Part shown: positions 29,531 to 38,287 of the stretch, in pieces
How positions within the stretch are numbered: position 1 is the stretch's first letter
Layout: each line of letters opens with the position of its first letter
From: Kiritimatiellia bacterium
Lineage (GTDB): Bacteria > Verrucomicrobiota > Kiritimatiellia > RFP12 > UBA1067
Direction: 5' to 3'
DNA: 46,755 bases
Assembly (NCBI GenBank): GCA_017629735.1
Contig: JAGBWQ010000115.1
Span: 1-46,755 of the forward strand
Program-made: the position numbers and the translations under genes
The notes under the pieces: generated by a model
Seen by the model: the letters and a program-made list of their open reading frames with translations, nothing else
Told to the model about the DNA's origin: nothing
Databases searched by the model: none

Positions 29531-30597
29531 AAGGCGAATACCAGCGACCACCACTTAGAGTTGCCCTTATGGGTCTCGGGCGTTCGATGTTCGAAGATCA
29601 TTTTTCTGTTTTTCGAGATCATCCTGCCCTCTTTAAAGTTGTATGCGCGTGCGATATCGTCAAGGAACGGCGCGATCGCATCGCAGAAGTGTTTCCGGAC
29701 TGCAGGATGTTCCGGCAGTTCTCGGATATGCTCGACGAGAGCGATGTCGATCTTGTCGATATTGCAACTTGCTCGACCGATCATGTCAAGCACGCGGTAA
29801 AGTCGCTCCAGAAGGGGTTTTGGACTCTTGTCGAAACTCCTATGGCGCTTACTCCAGACGATGCGCTTATTCTTAAAGGAGCAGCCATTAAGGCGAAGAA
29901 CCGCTTGCTGGTTATGCATCGCGGGCTCTTCGATCCAGACTTCCTTCTTGCCAAGGAAGTTATGGGAGATCCCCGTTTGGGTCAGATATTTTCAATTCGC
30001 ATCCGTAAGGAAGATTTTATCCGTCGCGACGATTGGCAATGCGTTAAGCGTCTCGGTGGGGGAGCTTCGTATTATGCGATGCCCGACATAATCCTTCAGG
30101 CTCTGAGGCTCTTGCCCACGCCGCCTGTGCAGTTGTGGACTGAGCTTAAGAGGATTGCTTCGCTTGGTGATGCAGAGGATTACGCGCATGTTAATCTCAA
30201 GTGCCGCGATATGGTCACGGCCGATCTCGAATTTAACGGCGGCGTACTTCCTATCAACAGATCTAACTCGTTTGAGATACATGCTGAAAGAGGTATGTTC
30301 GCAGTTCGCCCTGGGGAAACATCTGGAGAGCTTAGAATAATTTCTCCAAGCTTTAAGTTTCCTCGTCGCAGATCTTCTGTGCGTACACCGGAGTTTGCCG
30401 ACATGCACGAAGAGATCCCCGTCGAAGTCTTGAAGGTAGAGCTTTCAAGAGGTTCTGAATGGGGATTGCCTGCGTTCTGGAAGAGAGTTTATGAGACGGT
30501 TAGAACCGCAGCTCCATTCCCGATTACGCTTGATGAGGCTTTAGAAGCGGTTAAGTTTACTCATTTGATGAAAAAGACCAGTCCGTTCGGCAAATGA
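29527..30597 (+). CDS. Gfo/Idh/MocA-family oxidoreductase
   Basis: LRVALMGLGRSMFEDH Rossmann N-terminus, then VDLVDIATCSTDHVKHAVKSLQKG...ETPMAL. ATGA overlap with nrdR. Confidence 0.7.
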   Translation: MKGEYQRPPLRVALMGLGRSMFEDHFSVFRDHPALFKVVCACDIVKERRDRIAEVFPDCRMFRQFSDMLDESDVDLVDIATCSTDHVKHAVKSLQKGFWTLVETPMALTPDDALILKGAAIKAKNRLLVMHRGLFDPDFLLAKEVMGDPRLGQIFSIRIRKEDFIRRDDWQCVKRLGGGASYYAMPDIILQALRLLPTPPVQLWTELKRIASLGDAEDYAHVNLKCRDMVTADLEFNGGVLPINRSNSFEIHAERGMFAVRPGETSGELRIISPSFKFPRRRSSVRTPEFADMHEEIPVEVLKVELSRGSEWGLPAFWKRVYETVRTAAPFPITLDEALEAVKFTHLMKKTSPFGK

Positions 30598-30977
30598 AAA
30601 AAGATTTAACCATGACGCAGAGCCTCGAAGATTATCTCGAGGCTGTCTACAAGCAGATAACCGATGGGAAGCAGGCGCAAGTTGTTGATATCGCCCGCAT
30701 GCTTTCGGTTAAGATGCCTTCTGTGGTGCGTGCATTGCGTGAGCTTAAGAAAATGGGGCTGGTTACGCAGGAGCCTTATTCCTGCATAGAGTTGACAGAG
30801 AAGGGTAGGCGTGTTGCGCATCAAGTCCTCTCGCGTCACAAATTAATTAGTGCCTTTCTCATGAAGCTTGGTGTCTCGCGTCGGATTGCCGATAAAGACG
30901 CTTGCTTAATGGAACATATCCTTTCCGCGGAAACAATTGACAGGATCCGCACATATACAGAAACAGGAAAAAAATGA
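30594..30977 (+). CDS. DtxR/MntR-family metal-dependent transcriptional regulator (short form)
   Basis: SLEDYLEAVY...VDIARMLSVKMPSVVRALRELKKMGLV...SRHKLISAFL...LMEHILS. HTH plus dimerisation and metal-site region. ATGA overlap. Confidence 0.7.
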   Translation: MKKDLTMTQSLEDYLEAVYKQITDGKQAQVVDIARMLSVKMPSVVRALRELKKMGLVTQEPYSCIELTEKGRRVAHQVLSRHKLISAFLMKLGVSRRIADKDACLMEHILSAETIDRIRTYTETGKK

Positions 30978-31804
30978 AAAGTCAGATAAATATTCTGCGT
31001 CAGCTTCAGGAGCTTGTGCTGACACGCGATGAACATCACCAGACGGGCGACGGCAGCCATCTCGATTCGCTCAATTCTTCCATCGACTCGCTTCGCGAGA
31101 AACTCGAGCCTCAGGCGGCTGCGCTTTTTGCGAGGCTCTACAAGAAGCATCATGTTGTCATTTCTGCGATGTCCAACAATTGCTGTGCTGTGTGCGGAAT
31201 GCATGTGCCGATCGCACAAGGCCAGCAGGTTCGCCTTGCAGAGCATCTCGTAACTTGCTCAAGTTGCGGCAGAATTCTTTTCGCATCTGGAGAAGATGCA
31301 GCACGTAATGTCACGGAGCCTGCAGATCGCGATGAAGCCCCTAAGACAGGTATCTCTCGCTTCAGTGCAGAGGAATTGATGGTGGTCGATCTCGAAGGCT
31401 CTACGCGCGAAGAGGCAATTGCCGCGCTCGCTTCTGCCATGGAGTCCAATAAGTTTATCGCCAATGCCGACAATCTCGTAACCGCGGCGCTCGAGCGCGA
31501 AAGCGTTCTTTCTACGGCGATGGAAGGCGGTCTTGCATTCCCTCATGTGCGCGGCGTTGAAGGCGGTGGCCTTTGCCTCGCTATGGGCATTTCCAAGAAG
31601 GGCATCGATTGGGACGGACAGAAAGTCAAGATCGTCTTTCTCTCTGCCATTCCCGTTGCGGTTTCGGCATTCTATCTGCGCCTTATGTCTGGGCTTATGC
31701 AGTCCTTCTCGAAAGAAGCAGCTCGCAAGAGCATTCTCGAGGCGAAGGATGCCACATCACTCTGGAAGGCGCTCTGCAAGGCAACTCGCACAACTGTAAA
31801 ATGA
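30974..31804 (+). CDS. Fusion protein: coiled-coil/C4 zinc-ribbon (COG1579/zf-RING_7-like) N-terminus plus PTS EIIA type-2 (PtsN-like) C-terminus
   Basis: CCAVCGMHVP...VTCSSCGRILF zinc ribbon. C-terminal EGGLAFPHVRG...VKIVFLSAIP matches the EIIA-2 pattern with a conserved His. ATGA overlap on both sides. Confidence 0.6.
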   Translation: MKSQINILRQLQELVLTRDEHHQTGDGSHLDSLNSSIDSLREKLEPQAAALFARLYKKHHVVISAMSNNCCAVCGMHVPIAQGQQVRLAEHLVTCSSCGRILFASGEDAARNVTEPADRDEAPKTGISRFSAEELMVVDLEGSTREEAIAALASAMESNKFIANADNLVTAALERESVLSTAMEGGLAFPHVRGVEGGGLCLAMGISKKGIDWDGQKVKIVFLSAIPVAVSAFYLRLMSGLMQSFSKEAARKSILEAKDATSLWKALCKATRTTVK

Positions 31805-32772
31805 GATTAACGGCTAAAGCATTTGCGGTTGCGTGCGTGGCTGTATTAGCCATGGCGCCCGAATCTGTTTTAGCGAGAGTGCCCCTTTCGTCGAAGCGAA
31901 TTAATCCTTATGTCGGAGCGGTTTCTGCCGACGCTTCTACTGGGCGCATTATTGTTGCCGATGGAGAGGGGCGCGAAGCGTATCCTGCGAGCGTCACAAA
32001 ATTGATGACAGCGCTCATCGTCCTTGAGGATGTAGCCGCCGGTAAATATACTCTTAACGACCTTATCACCGCTACTGCCGATGTATATCTTTCAGAGGCA
32101 AGTTGGGTTGGACTTAAAGTTGGTGAGAAGATGAGCGTTAAGGATATGCTTTATGCGTTGATGGTAGAAAGCGCAAATGATGTTGCTATTGCCTTAGGTG
32201 TGAATTCTGCAGGTTCGCTTGATGCGTTCGTAAAGAAAATGAACGATAGAGCAGCGTCTCTTGGAATGACGCGTACGCGCTATTACAATCCAAATGGGTT
32301 GCCGCCTGGCAGAAGATATCCGTGGAAGAAATTTAATGTCACGACTGCGGCAGATCAGCTAAAACTTGCCGTTGCGATTCTTAAGCACCGCGACATTCTG
32401 CGCTATACTTCTGTAAAGACATGCGACCTTATTAAAACATCATATGGTTATCGCATATCTGTGACGCGAGAGGCAAACAAGGCAGCAGTTGAATCTAAGA
32501 TTGCAACCGGCGAGAAATTGATTAAGTCTCTTCGCAACCATAACAACATTCTTCGTGTCGATAAGAAGAAGGTGTTAAACCCCGATGGTACGGAAGCTGT
32601 CGACGGTCTTAAAACAGGCTATATTGACGCGGGCGGCAGTTCAATTATTTTAACTGGCACTCGCAGTGGGAAGAGAGCTGTTGTAGTAGTTCTCGGCTCT
32701 GTGTCCTCAACCATTCGCGACGAAAATGCGCGTCGCCTTTTGGAAGATGCACTTGACGCTCTCGTTTGGTGA
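31801..32772 (+). CDS. D-alanyl-D-alanine carboxypeptidase (peptidase S11, PBP5/6-like)
   Basis: SVTK (SxxK), SAND (SxN) and KTGY (KTG) motifs. Signal peptide. Start moved to ATG 31801, dropping 76 spurious codons. Confidence 0.85.
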   Translation: MRLTAKAFAVACVAVLAMAPESVLARVPLSSKRINPYVGAVSADASTGRIIVADGEGREAYPASVTKLMTALIVLEDVAAGKYTLNDLITATADVYLSEASWVGLKVGEKMSVKDMLYALMVESANDVAIALGVNSAGSLDAFVKKMNDRAASLGMTRTRYYNPNGLPPGRRYPWKKFNVTTAADQLKLAVAILKHRDILRYTSVKTCDLIKTSYGYRISVTREANKAAVESKIATGEKLIKSLRNHNNILRVDKKKVLNPDGTEAVDGLKTGYIDAGGSSIILTGTRSGKRAVVVVLGSVSSTIRDENARRLLEDALDALVW

Positions 32773-32785
32773 GCACCAATTTGTT

Positions 32786-33817
32786 TTACATAAAGCGCAG
32801 AAGAATCAAACGGAATATGTCGATCGCGCGGATCGGCCAAAGGCGCGTGGGCTTTTCTGCTTCAAGAGGTCTTGAAATAAATCCAGGAAGATTGGGATTG
32901 AAATCAAGGCCTGTTAGATTTTCAAGTTCGTCAACCGAAACAATGTTGCGTGCAACATACGCGTTCCATGGAGTGGTATCGGGAAGAAGGACTGCAAGCA
33001 TTCTAATATCGAGTCCGTCTTGCGCCGTTATCACTTGATAAAACGCCGATGGCACATCGATTTCCGTTCCGTGAATCTTCTGCCCATCCTTTGATGGAAG
33101 GCACCCGGTTATCACCCATATTTCGCCATATTTTGCAGTCCAAAGATCTGCAATTCTATGTTCAAGATCTCTCCATGGGCCGCGATTTAAAGCAGGTGTC
33201 TGCGGAACGACATTTGACATGCGGAAGGTAAGTTTTTGGACTTCTTCGCCGTAACGAGTTGCGAGCGCGTGGTTAGGAGCCATGTGCCCACGGTCGTATC
33301 CGCTTTTTGCATAATCGCTTGGCTTTGGAGCGAGAGGAACTTCGCGATCCTTTGTAAAGCCAGGGCGCGGCAGATTCTCGTGCAAAGATTCTTTTGTCAC
33401 ATGGTAGGCGCACCAGACAGGGCGGCGAAGAGAATCTGACCAGCCGATTACGAATTCGCCGCGATCAAGAACCTTAATGTCGGCGGGAGCCTTAGGGCCA
33501 GTTCTTACTGGAATGCCTGCGAACAACACAGACCCTGAAGGGGCTTCTTCGTCGTATTCATAGACGACATCGCGCCCAGTAAGATTGAGCGCGTCTGTGA
33601 TGTCGCCCGTGGGATTGCCAATCCAGAGTAATGCTGACGACAAGCGAGGGTGATCGCTTTTCTTTTGATCAATCCACTCGCTTGGGTGATGGACGAACCA
33701 CACGCCCGCAGCCGCATATATGGCGAGGATTGCAGATGCAATTGTCGCGAGAAGGAGTGATCTTCTGCGTGATCTTTTTGCGCCGCGTGATTTCTTTTTC
33801 CTCTTTTTACGGGCCAT
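32786..33817 (-). CDS. Membrane-anchored DNA/RNA non-specific endonuclease (NucA/EndoG family)
   Basis: DRGHMAPN active-site motif and NVVPQ. N-terminal Arg/Lys-rich segment followed by one TM helix. Confidence 0.85.
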   Translation of the reverse strand: MARKKRKKKSRGAKRSRRRSLLLATIASAILAIYAAAGVWFVHHPSEWIDQKKSDHPRLSSALLWIGNPTGDITDALNLTGRDVVYEYDEEAPSGSVLFAGIPVRTGPKAPADIKVLDRGEFVIGWSDSLRRPVWCAYHVTKESLHENLPRPGFTKDREVPLAPKPSDYAKSGYDRGHMAPNHALATRYGEEVQKLTFRMSNVVPQTPALNRGPWRDLEHRIADLWTAKYGEIWVITGCLPSKDGQKIHGTEIDVPSAFYQVITAQDGLDIRMLAVLLPDTTPWNAYVARNIVSVDELENLTGLDFNPNLPGFISRPLEAEKPTRLWPIRAIDIFRLILLRFM

Positions 33818-33842
33818 GTTGTTCGTCCTTGTCTTTTACTCG

Positions 33843-34076
33843 TTAGAAGTCTCCAAGATCAATCCTGATTGTCCTGCTTTTGAGGGCTTGGATTGTATCG
33901 GGATCGTCATCGCCAGCTGCGTGCCTCGGAACTCCATCTTCGGGTCGGCTGTCGGGGATGACAATCTTAGCGCCGCAAGCCGGGCATTCTGTTTCCTGCC
34001 CGATCATGTCGGATGATGCTTCAATTTCCGTTTTGCAACGGTCGCATACGAAGCTTGTGAAGTAAATGTCTTCCAT
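33843..34076 (-). CDS. Small zinc-ribbon protein (77 aa)
   Basis: CDRC...(15 aa)...CPAC four-Cys ribbon followed by an acidic tail. Packed between nagB and the nuclease, with 12-nt and 25-nt gaps. Confidence 0.5.
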   Translation of the reverse strand: MEDIYFTSFVCDRCKTEIEASSDMIGQETECPACGAKIVIPDSRPEDGVPRHAAGDDDPDTIQALKSRTIRIDLGDF

Positions 34077-34088
34077 GTTCCTACACCA

Positions 34089-34868
34089 TTACAGTCCGAG
34101 TTTCGTTGCGCTGCGCCAAGCGTAGTACTTTTTGAGCTTGAGCTTCTTCGCGGCTGCTTCATCGCAGAAGATCCAGCAGTCGTTATGTTCCTGAAGAGCG
34201 GAAGCCGTGCAGAACTGGCTGACAGGACCTTCAACGCAGCCCTTAATTGCGTCCTGCTTGTTCTCGCCGAATGCAAGAAGAATAATCTTCTTTGCTTCGC
34301 AGATTGTGCCGACGCCCATCGAGAGTGCGCTCTTCGGGACTGCTTCCATATCGCCCTTGAAGAAGAGACGAGCATTGTCCTTGACTGTGGAGGGTGTAAG
34401 ATAAACAATCGAGGTGCGGCTCTTGAGAGATGTGCCGGGCTCGTTGAATGCGATGTGGCCATCGGAACCAATGCCGAGAACCTGAATGTCGATGCCACCA
34501 GCTTTCTTGATAGCCTTCTCGTAGGAGACGCATTCCTTTTCAGGATTCTTTGCCATGCCGTTGAGAACATGTGTGTTCGAAAGCTTGATATCGATCTTCT
34601 TGAACAGATTTTCGTTCATGAAGTAGCGATAGCTCTGATCGTGCGTTCCGGGAAGCCCGTAGTACTCATCGAGGTTCCAGCTCTGAACCTGCTTGTAGCT
34701 GACTTTCTTCGCCTTGACAGCCTTGGCCATCTCGTTGTACATGAGAACAGGAGTGGAGCCAGTGGCAAGCCCGAGCACAGTCTTGGGGTTTTTCTTCACC
34801 TGTGCGGTAATCATATCGGCCGCGAGCTTGGATGCTTCTTCTTTCGTCTTGCAGATTACTATTTCCAT
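34089..34868 (-). CDS. nagB: Glucosamine-6-phosphate deaminase
   Basis: VLGLATGSTP, LDEYYGL and GIGSDGHIAFNEPG motifs. AAAGGAAAG Shine-Dalgarno upstream. Confidence 0.9.
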   Translation of the reverse strand: MEIVICKTKEEASKLAADMITAQVKKNPKTVLGLATGSTPVLMYNEMAKAVKAKKVSYKQVQSWNLDEYYGLPGTHDQSYRYFMNENLFKKIDIKLSNTHVLNGMAKNPEKECVSYEKAIKKAGGIDIQVLGIGSDGHIAFNEPGTSLKSRTSIVYLTPSTVKDNARLFFKGDMEAVPKSALSMGVGTICEAKKIILLAFGENKQDAIKGCVEGPVSQFCTASALQEHNDCWIFCDEAAAKKLKLKKYYAWRSATKLGL

Positions 34869-34906
34869 TTTTATCTTTCCTTTCTTTTCATTCAGTAAAT
34901 ATGTGT

Positions 34907-35683
34907 TTAGTAAGTGTAGAGTGGCGGAATGTTTATCATCTTGCGCCCTGCATTGTCAGGAGCGGGTGCAGCAACTTCTTTCCCTGAAGATTGGGCCTTC
35001 TCTGCTTCTTCAGAAGTTGTAAGCGCAGCTGCAGTCGTGCTTGAAATCGGGCACTCCTCATCAGTTGTTGCGCGATAGAGCGCGCGTATACCTACAACGA
35101 TTGCCCATATCAAGGCGATGGACACAACAGCAAGTGCTGCGGCGCGCCAAGTTGCGGGGTTCGGCCAGCGAAAAGATGGAGTTGTATCGTATCTATCGGA
35201 AATCGGGGAGGCGTAGCGTGAGAACCTAGATGCAGCTGGCGAGGCCTGCGCCGTTAATGGCTGTGACGCAGGGCTCGCGAAAAGATCTGGCTGCGGCGGC
35301 GTGGAAGGCTCCTCCTCAAATAGCGATGGCCTTTCAAGTGGGTTTGCCGCGAGCGGTTCGATTGCCGGCGGCGGCTCTGCCTGCACAGGAGGTTCTTCGA
35401 CAGGCTTTCTCTCGGCAAGCGGCTTTTCCTTGATTCCAATATCCCTTGCGCCGTTATAGATTTCCATAAACTCGGCAATCATCGGCTTGGGATCAAGACC
35501 AACTTGTTCGCAGTAGAGCTTGACGAAACCACGCCCGTATATCGGCGCAGGCAAACTTGAGAAATTTTCTTTCTCCAGATTCTCAACCATGCTGGAGAGC
35601 ATGCGTGTAGCTTCTGCTATCTGGGCAACGGAAAGCCCCTTGGCTTCGCGTGCGGCACGCAATGTTTTTCCGAATTCAATCAT
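34907..35683 (-). CDS. RodZ-like helix-turn-helix membrane protein
   Basis: FGKTLRAAREAKGLSVAQIAEATRM HTH, PAPIYGRGFVKLYCEQVGLDP, Pro-rich linker and a single TM helix (AALAVVSIALIWAIVVGI). ATGA overlap with ftsK. Confidence 0.6.
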   Translation of the reverse strand: MIEFGKTLRAAREAKGLSVAQIAEATRMLSSMVENLEKENFSSLPAPIYGRGFVKLYCEQVGLDPKPMIAEFMEIYNGARDIGIKEKPLAERKPVEEPPVQAEPPPAIEPLAANPLERPSLFEEEPSTPPQPDLFASPASQPLTAQASPAASRFSRYASPISDRYDTTPSFRWPNPATWRAAALAVVSIALIWAIVVGIRALYRATTDEECPISSTTAAALTTSEEAEKAQSSGKEVAAPAPDNAGRKMINIPPLYTY

Positions 35684-38175
35684 ACTGTTTCCTCCTCATT
35701 TGAAAAATCGTCTGTTCCTTCGTTGGCAGCAAAAAGCTCTTCTTGATTATCGTCGGTCGGAGCGTCGATAGAATCAGCTTCGTCTGCGCTGTTTTCAGCC
35801 TGCAACAAAGCTTGTATCTCTGTTGCGTCCATGATAATCTGCCTTGGGCCTGCCGCCGGCTGCGGGCCGACCACTCCAGCATCTTCTAGCATATCGAGAA
35901 TTCGGCTGGCATGATTATAGCCCCATTGCATTCTACGCTGGAAGAATGATGTGGAGGCTCTGTTTGACTCCAGCACGCATTCAAGTGCCTTGCGGAAATC
36001 CTTGGCGGCTTCTTCGTCTTTTATTTTCTCTCGGGCCGTCGCGGAGCTTGCGGGCTTTGTTTCTTCCTCTTCAGCGAATGGGTCGAGATTTTCTTCCTTG
36101 ATTGCCTGCAGCTTATTCTTGAATGTCTCGTTGAAATCAGGAGTGGAGTGCTCTTCGATGAAGGAAATGATATTCAAAATTTCCTGATCGGATATCCATG
36201 CACCCTGTGCGCGGAGCAATGTATCTTCCTTTGTTTTGAAAAGCATGTCTCCTCGTCCGATGAGAGTTTCAGCTCCGCTATCGTCGAGAATTGTGCGCGA
36301 GTCGATGGCCGACGATGTCTTGAATGCGACGCGGCCTGGAATGTTCGCCTTAATTGTTCCTGTGATGATCTTCGCATCAGGACGCTGCGTTGCTAGGATA
36401 AGATGTATGCCTGCGGCGCGAGCTTTTGCCGCGAGCCTGCTGATGATTGGCGAGACTTCCTTCCCGTTCGAAAGCATCAAGTCTGCCACTTCGTCTATTA
36501 TGATAACGATGTATGGAAGCGTCTTGGGCGCGTCGTTCGTGACTTCCTGATCCTGGCCAAACAAATCTGTCTGCGTGATGTTCGGGCGGTGGTTGAAGTC
36601 GTAAATATTGCGGACTCTTGTTCGAGAGAAAAGCTTGAGACGCTTTTCCATTTCGTTCACTGCCCATTGCAAAGAAAGCATTACCTTCTTGTTTTCTGTA
36701 ATGACTGGCACAATGAGATGTGGAATGGATGCGTAAGCTGCAAATTCGACGGACTTGGGGTCGACCATTATCATCTTAAGCTCGGCGGGAGTCTTTGTCA
36801 TCAAAAGGCCGTTTATGAGCGAGTTAAGACAGACCGATTTACCTTGTCCCGTAGCGCCGGCGACAAGAAGATGCGGCATGGTGGCCAAGTCGGCTATAAG
36901 CTCGTTGCCTGCCGCATCTCGACCGAAAAGAAGGGGAAGCTCACCGTTGAATTCTTTCCATTTCTTTGATTCGAAAATTTCGCGGAAAGAAACTCCTGCA
37001 GGTGCGGGGTTAGGAACTTCAACACCAATTTTGTCTTCGCCGGGAATGGGCGATTCGATGCGTATCGTCTTTGCCTTGAGCGACATTTTAAGCGTGTCTG
37101 CGAGAGCGCGGAATTTTTCTGCTCGAGTACCCGGCTCTGGGGTAAGGGCGTATTTCGTTACGACGGGCCCTTCGACGGCGTATGCAAACTCCGTGTGAAT
37201 GTCGAAGAGAGTGAGCGTGTCTACAAGTTTCTTTGCTGTCGCGTTTACATCTCCATGGTCAGCAGTCGATTTCTTTATCGGATTTAGGAGCGAAATAGGA
37301 GGAAGCATGTACGGCCCCTTGTCGACTGGAGGCTCTTCGCTTACGGGCTTTCTGATTGAAGGCTCTGCAGGTGCAATGGTGGGCGCGGCTTTTACTGCAG
37401 GCGTTGGATCTGGAGCTTTCGCGGCTGCCTTCGCAGCAGCTTTCGCGGCGGCTCTCTCTGCCTTCATTTTTTCTTTTATTTCGCGAATACGCTCTTTCTC
37501 TTGAGCGCGCTGGCGTGCAGCCTCTTCTTTTGCAGCCATAGCCGCAAGATATGCCTGGTGCTTGGCTTCCTCTTCTTTCTCTGCAAGGGCAGGATCGCGT
37601 GGAGAGCCTTTAACCCATTTGAGTAGCGATGCCGCTGCAGAGGCGAAAGCGCCGATTCCAACAGCTGCTACGAGAGATGCAATCATGACGGAGACGGAGA
37701 TTACTGAAGAGCCAAAATCGCTCAGCATCGCCGAGAGGGCCTTTGTCATGATTAAATATCCAAATATGCCTCCAGCGTTTGGCGTGTTGACATAGGCGCG
37801 AAGAGAGTCTATTGGACCGCCGTGTGAGCCGATAACTTGGAGCGTGCACGATGTGGCAATGAGAAAAACAAAAAACCAAAAACTTTTACGCCCAACTGAA
37901 ATCATCTTTCCGCGGATTGAGGAGATGAATGCGGCAACGCACAAAAGCGGCACGATCCAAATCGCAAGGCCAAAAAAGAGATAGCCATAGTAAGCGAAAT
38001 TATCTCCGAGCGCGCCAATCCAGTTGGAGTGTGGCAACGGCGGCGAGCACATCGAAGGGATGGCACGCCAATCGTAGGTGAGAAGGGCGAGAAGCGGAAA
38101 AATAGCGAGAGGAGAGAGCAACATCGCGAGGATGTGCCGCGACTTTCCTCCGTCAGCGGGAGATTGATCTGTCAT
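35680..38175 (-). CDS. ftsK: DNA translocase FtsK
   Basis: N-terminal TM helices, Ala/Lys/Pro linker, motor domain with LLVAGATGQGKS (Walker A) and IIIDEVADL, and a C-terminal gamma-like winged helix. Confidence 0.95.
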   Translation of the reverse strand: MTDQSPADGGKSRHILAMLLSPLAIFPLLALLTYDWRAIPSMCSPPLPHSNWIGALGDNFAYYGYLFFGLAIWIVPLLCVAAFISSIRGKMISVGRKSFWFFVFLIATSCTLQVIGSHGGPIDSLRAYVNTPNAGGIFGYLIMTKALSAMLSDFGSSVISVSVMIASLVAAVGIGAFASAAASLLKWVKGSPRDPALAEKEEEAKHQAYLAAMAAKEEAARQRAQEKERIREIKEKMKAERAAAKAAAKAAAKAPDPTPAVKAAPTIAPAEPSIRKPVSEEPPVDKGPYMLPPISLLNPIKKSTADHGDVNATAKKLVDTLTLFDIHTEFAYAVEGPVVTKYALTPEPGTRAEKFRALADTLKMSLKAKTIRIESPIPGEDKIGVEVPNPAPAGVSFREIFESKKWKEFNGELPLLFGRDAAGNELIADLATMPHLLVAGATGQGKSVCLNSLINGLLMTKTPAELKMIMVDPKSVEFAAYASIPHLIVPVITENKKVMLSLQWAVNEMEKRLKLFSRTRVRNIYDFNHRPNITQTDLFGQDQEVTNDAPKTLPYIVIIIDEVADLMLSNGKEVSPIISRLAAKARAAGIHLILATQRPDAKIITGTIKANIPGRVAFKTSSAIDSRTILDDSGAETLIGRGDMLFKTKEDTLLRAQGAWISDQEILNIISFIEEHSTPDFNETFKNKLQAIKEENLDPFAEEEETKPASSATAREKIKDEEAAKDFRKALECVLESNRASTSFFQRRMQWGYNHASRILDMLEDAGVVGPQPAAGPRQIIMDATEIQALLQAENSADEADSIDAPTDDNQEELFAANEGTDDFSNEEETV

Positions 38176-38287
38176 TTGTTGTGTGGCCGTTTTCTTTTAC
38201 GGCAGTATCTTTGAGTGCGTGATAAAGAACTATCGCAAGCAGAAGTGCAATAAGCCTAAGACCCCAGTTGTTGAGTTTTCTCTTCAT
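38153..38287 (-). CDS. 44-aa ORF resembling only the N-terminal membrane anchor of CdaR/YbbR (not in the ORF track)
   Basis: Hand translation: MKRKLNNWGLRLIALLLAIVLYHALKDTAVKENGHTTNDRSISR. Its ATG overlaps the cdaA stop (ATGA). Its 3-prime end overlaps the ftsK start by 23 nt. Resemblance to the CdaR N-terminus is from memory. Confidence 0.35.
   Translation of the reverse strand: MKRKLNNWGLRLIALLLAIVLYHALKDTAVKENGHTTNDRSISR

Noticed and set aside
37380-37470. Repetitive GCNGCNAAR stretch (AAKAAAKAAAKA) in ftsK, and the Lys/Ala/Pro-rich stretch in the amidase (27110-27190).
   Set aside because: These are low-complexity linker regions typical of FtsK linkers and cell-wall-enzyme tethers. They are not DNA-level repeat elements or CRISPR-like arrays.
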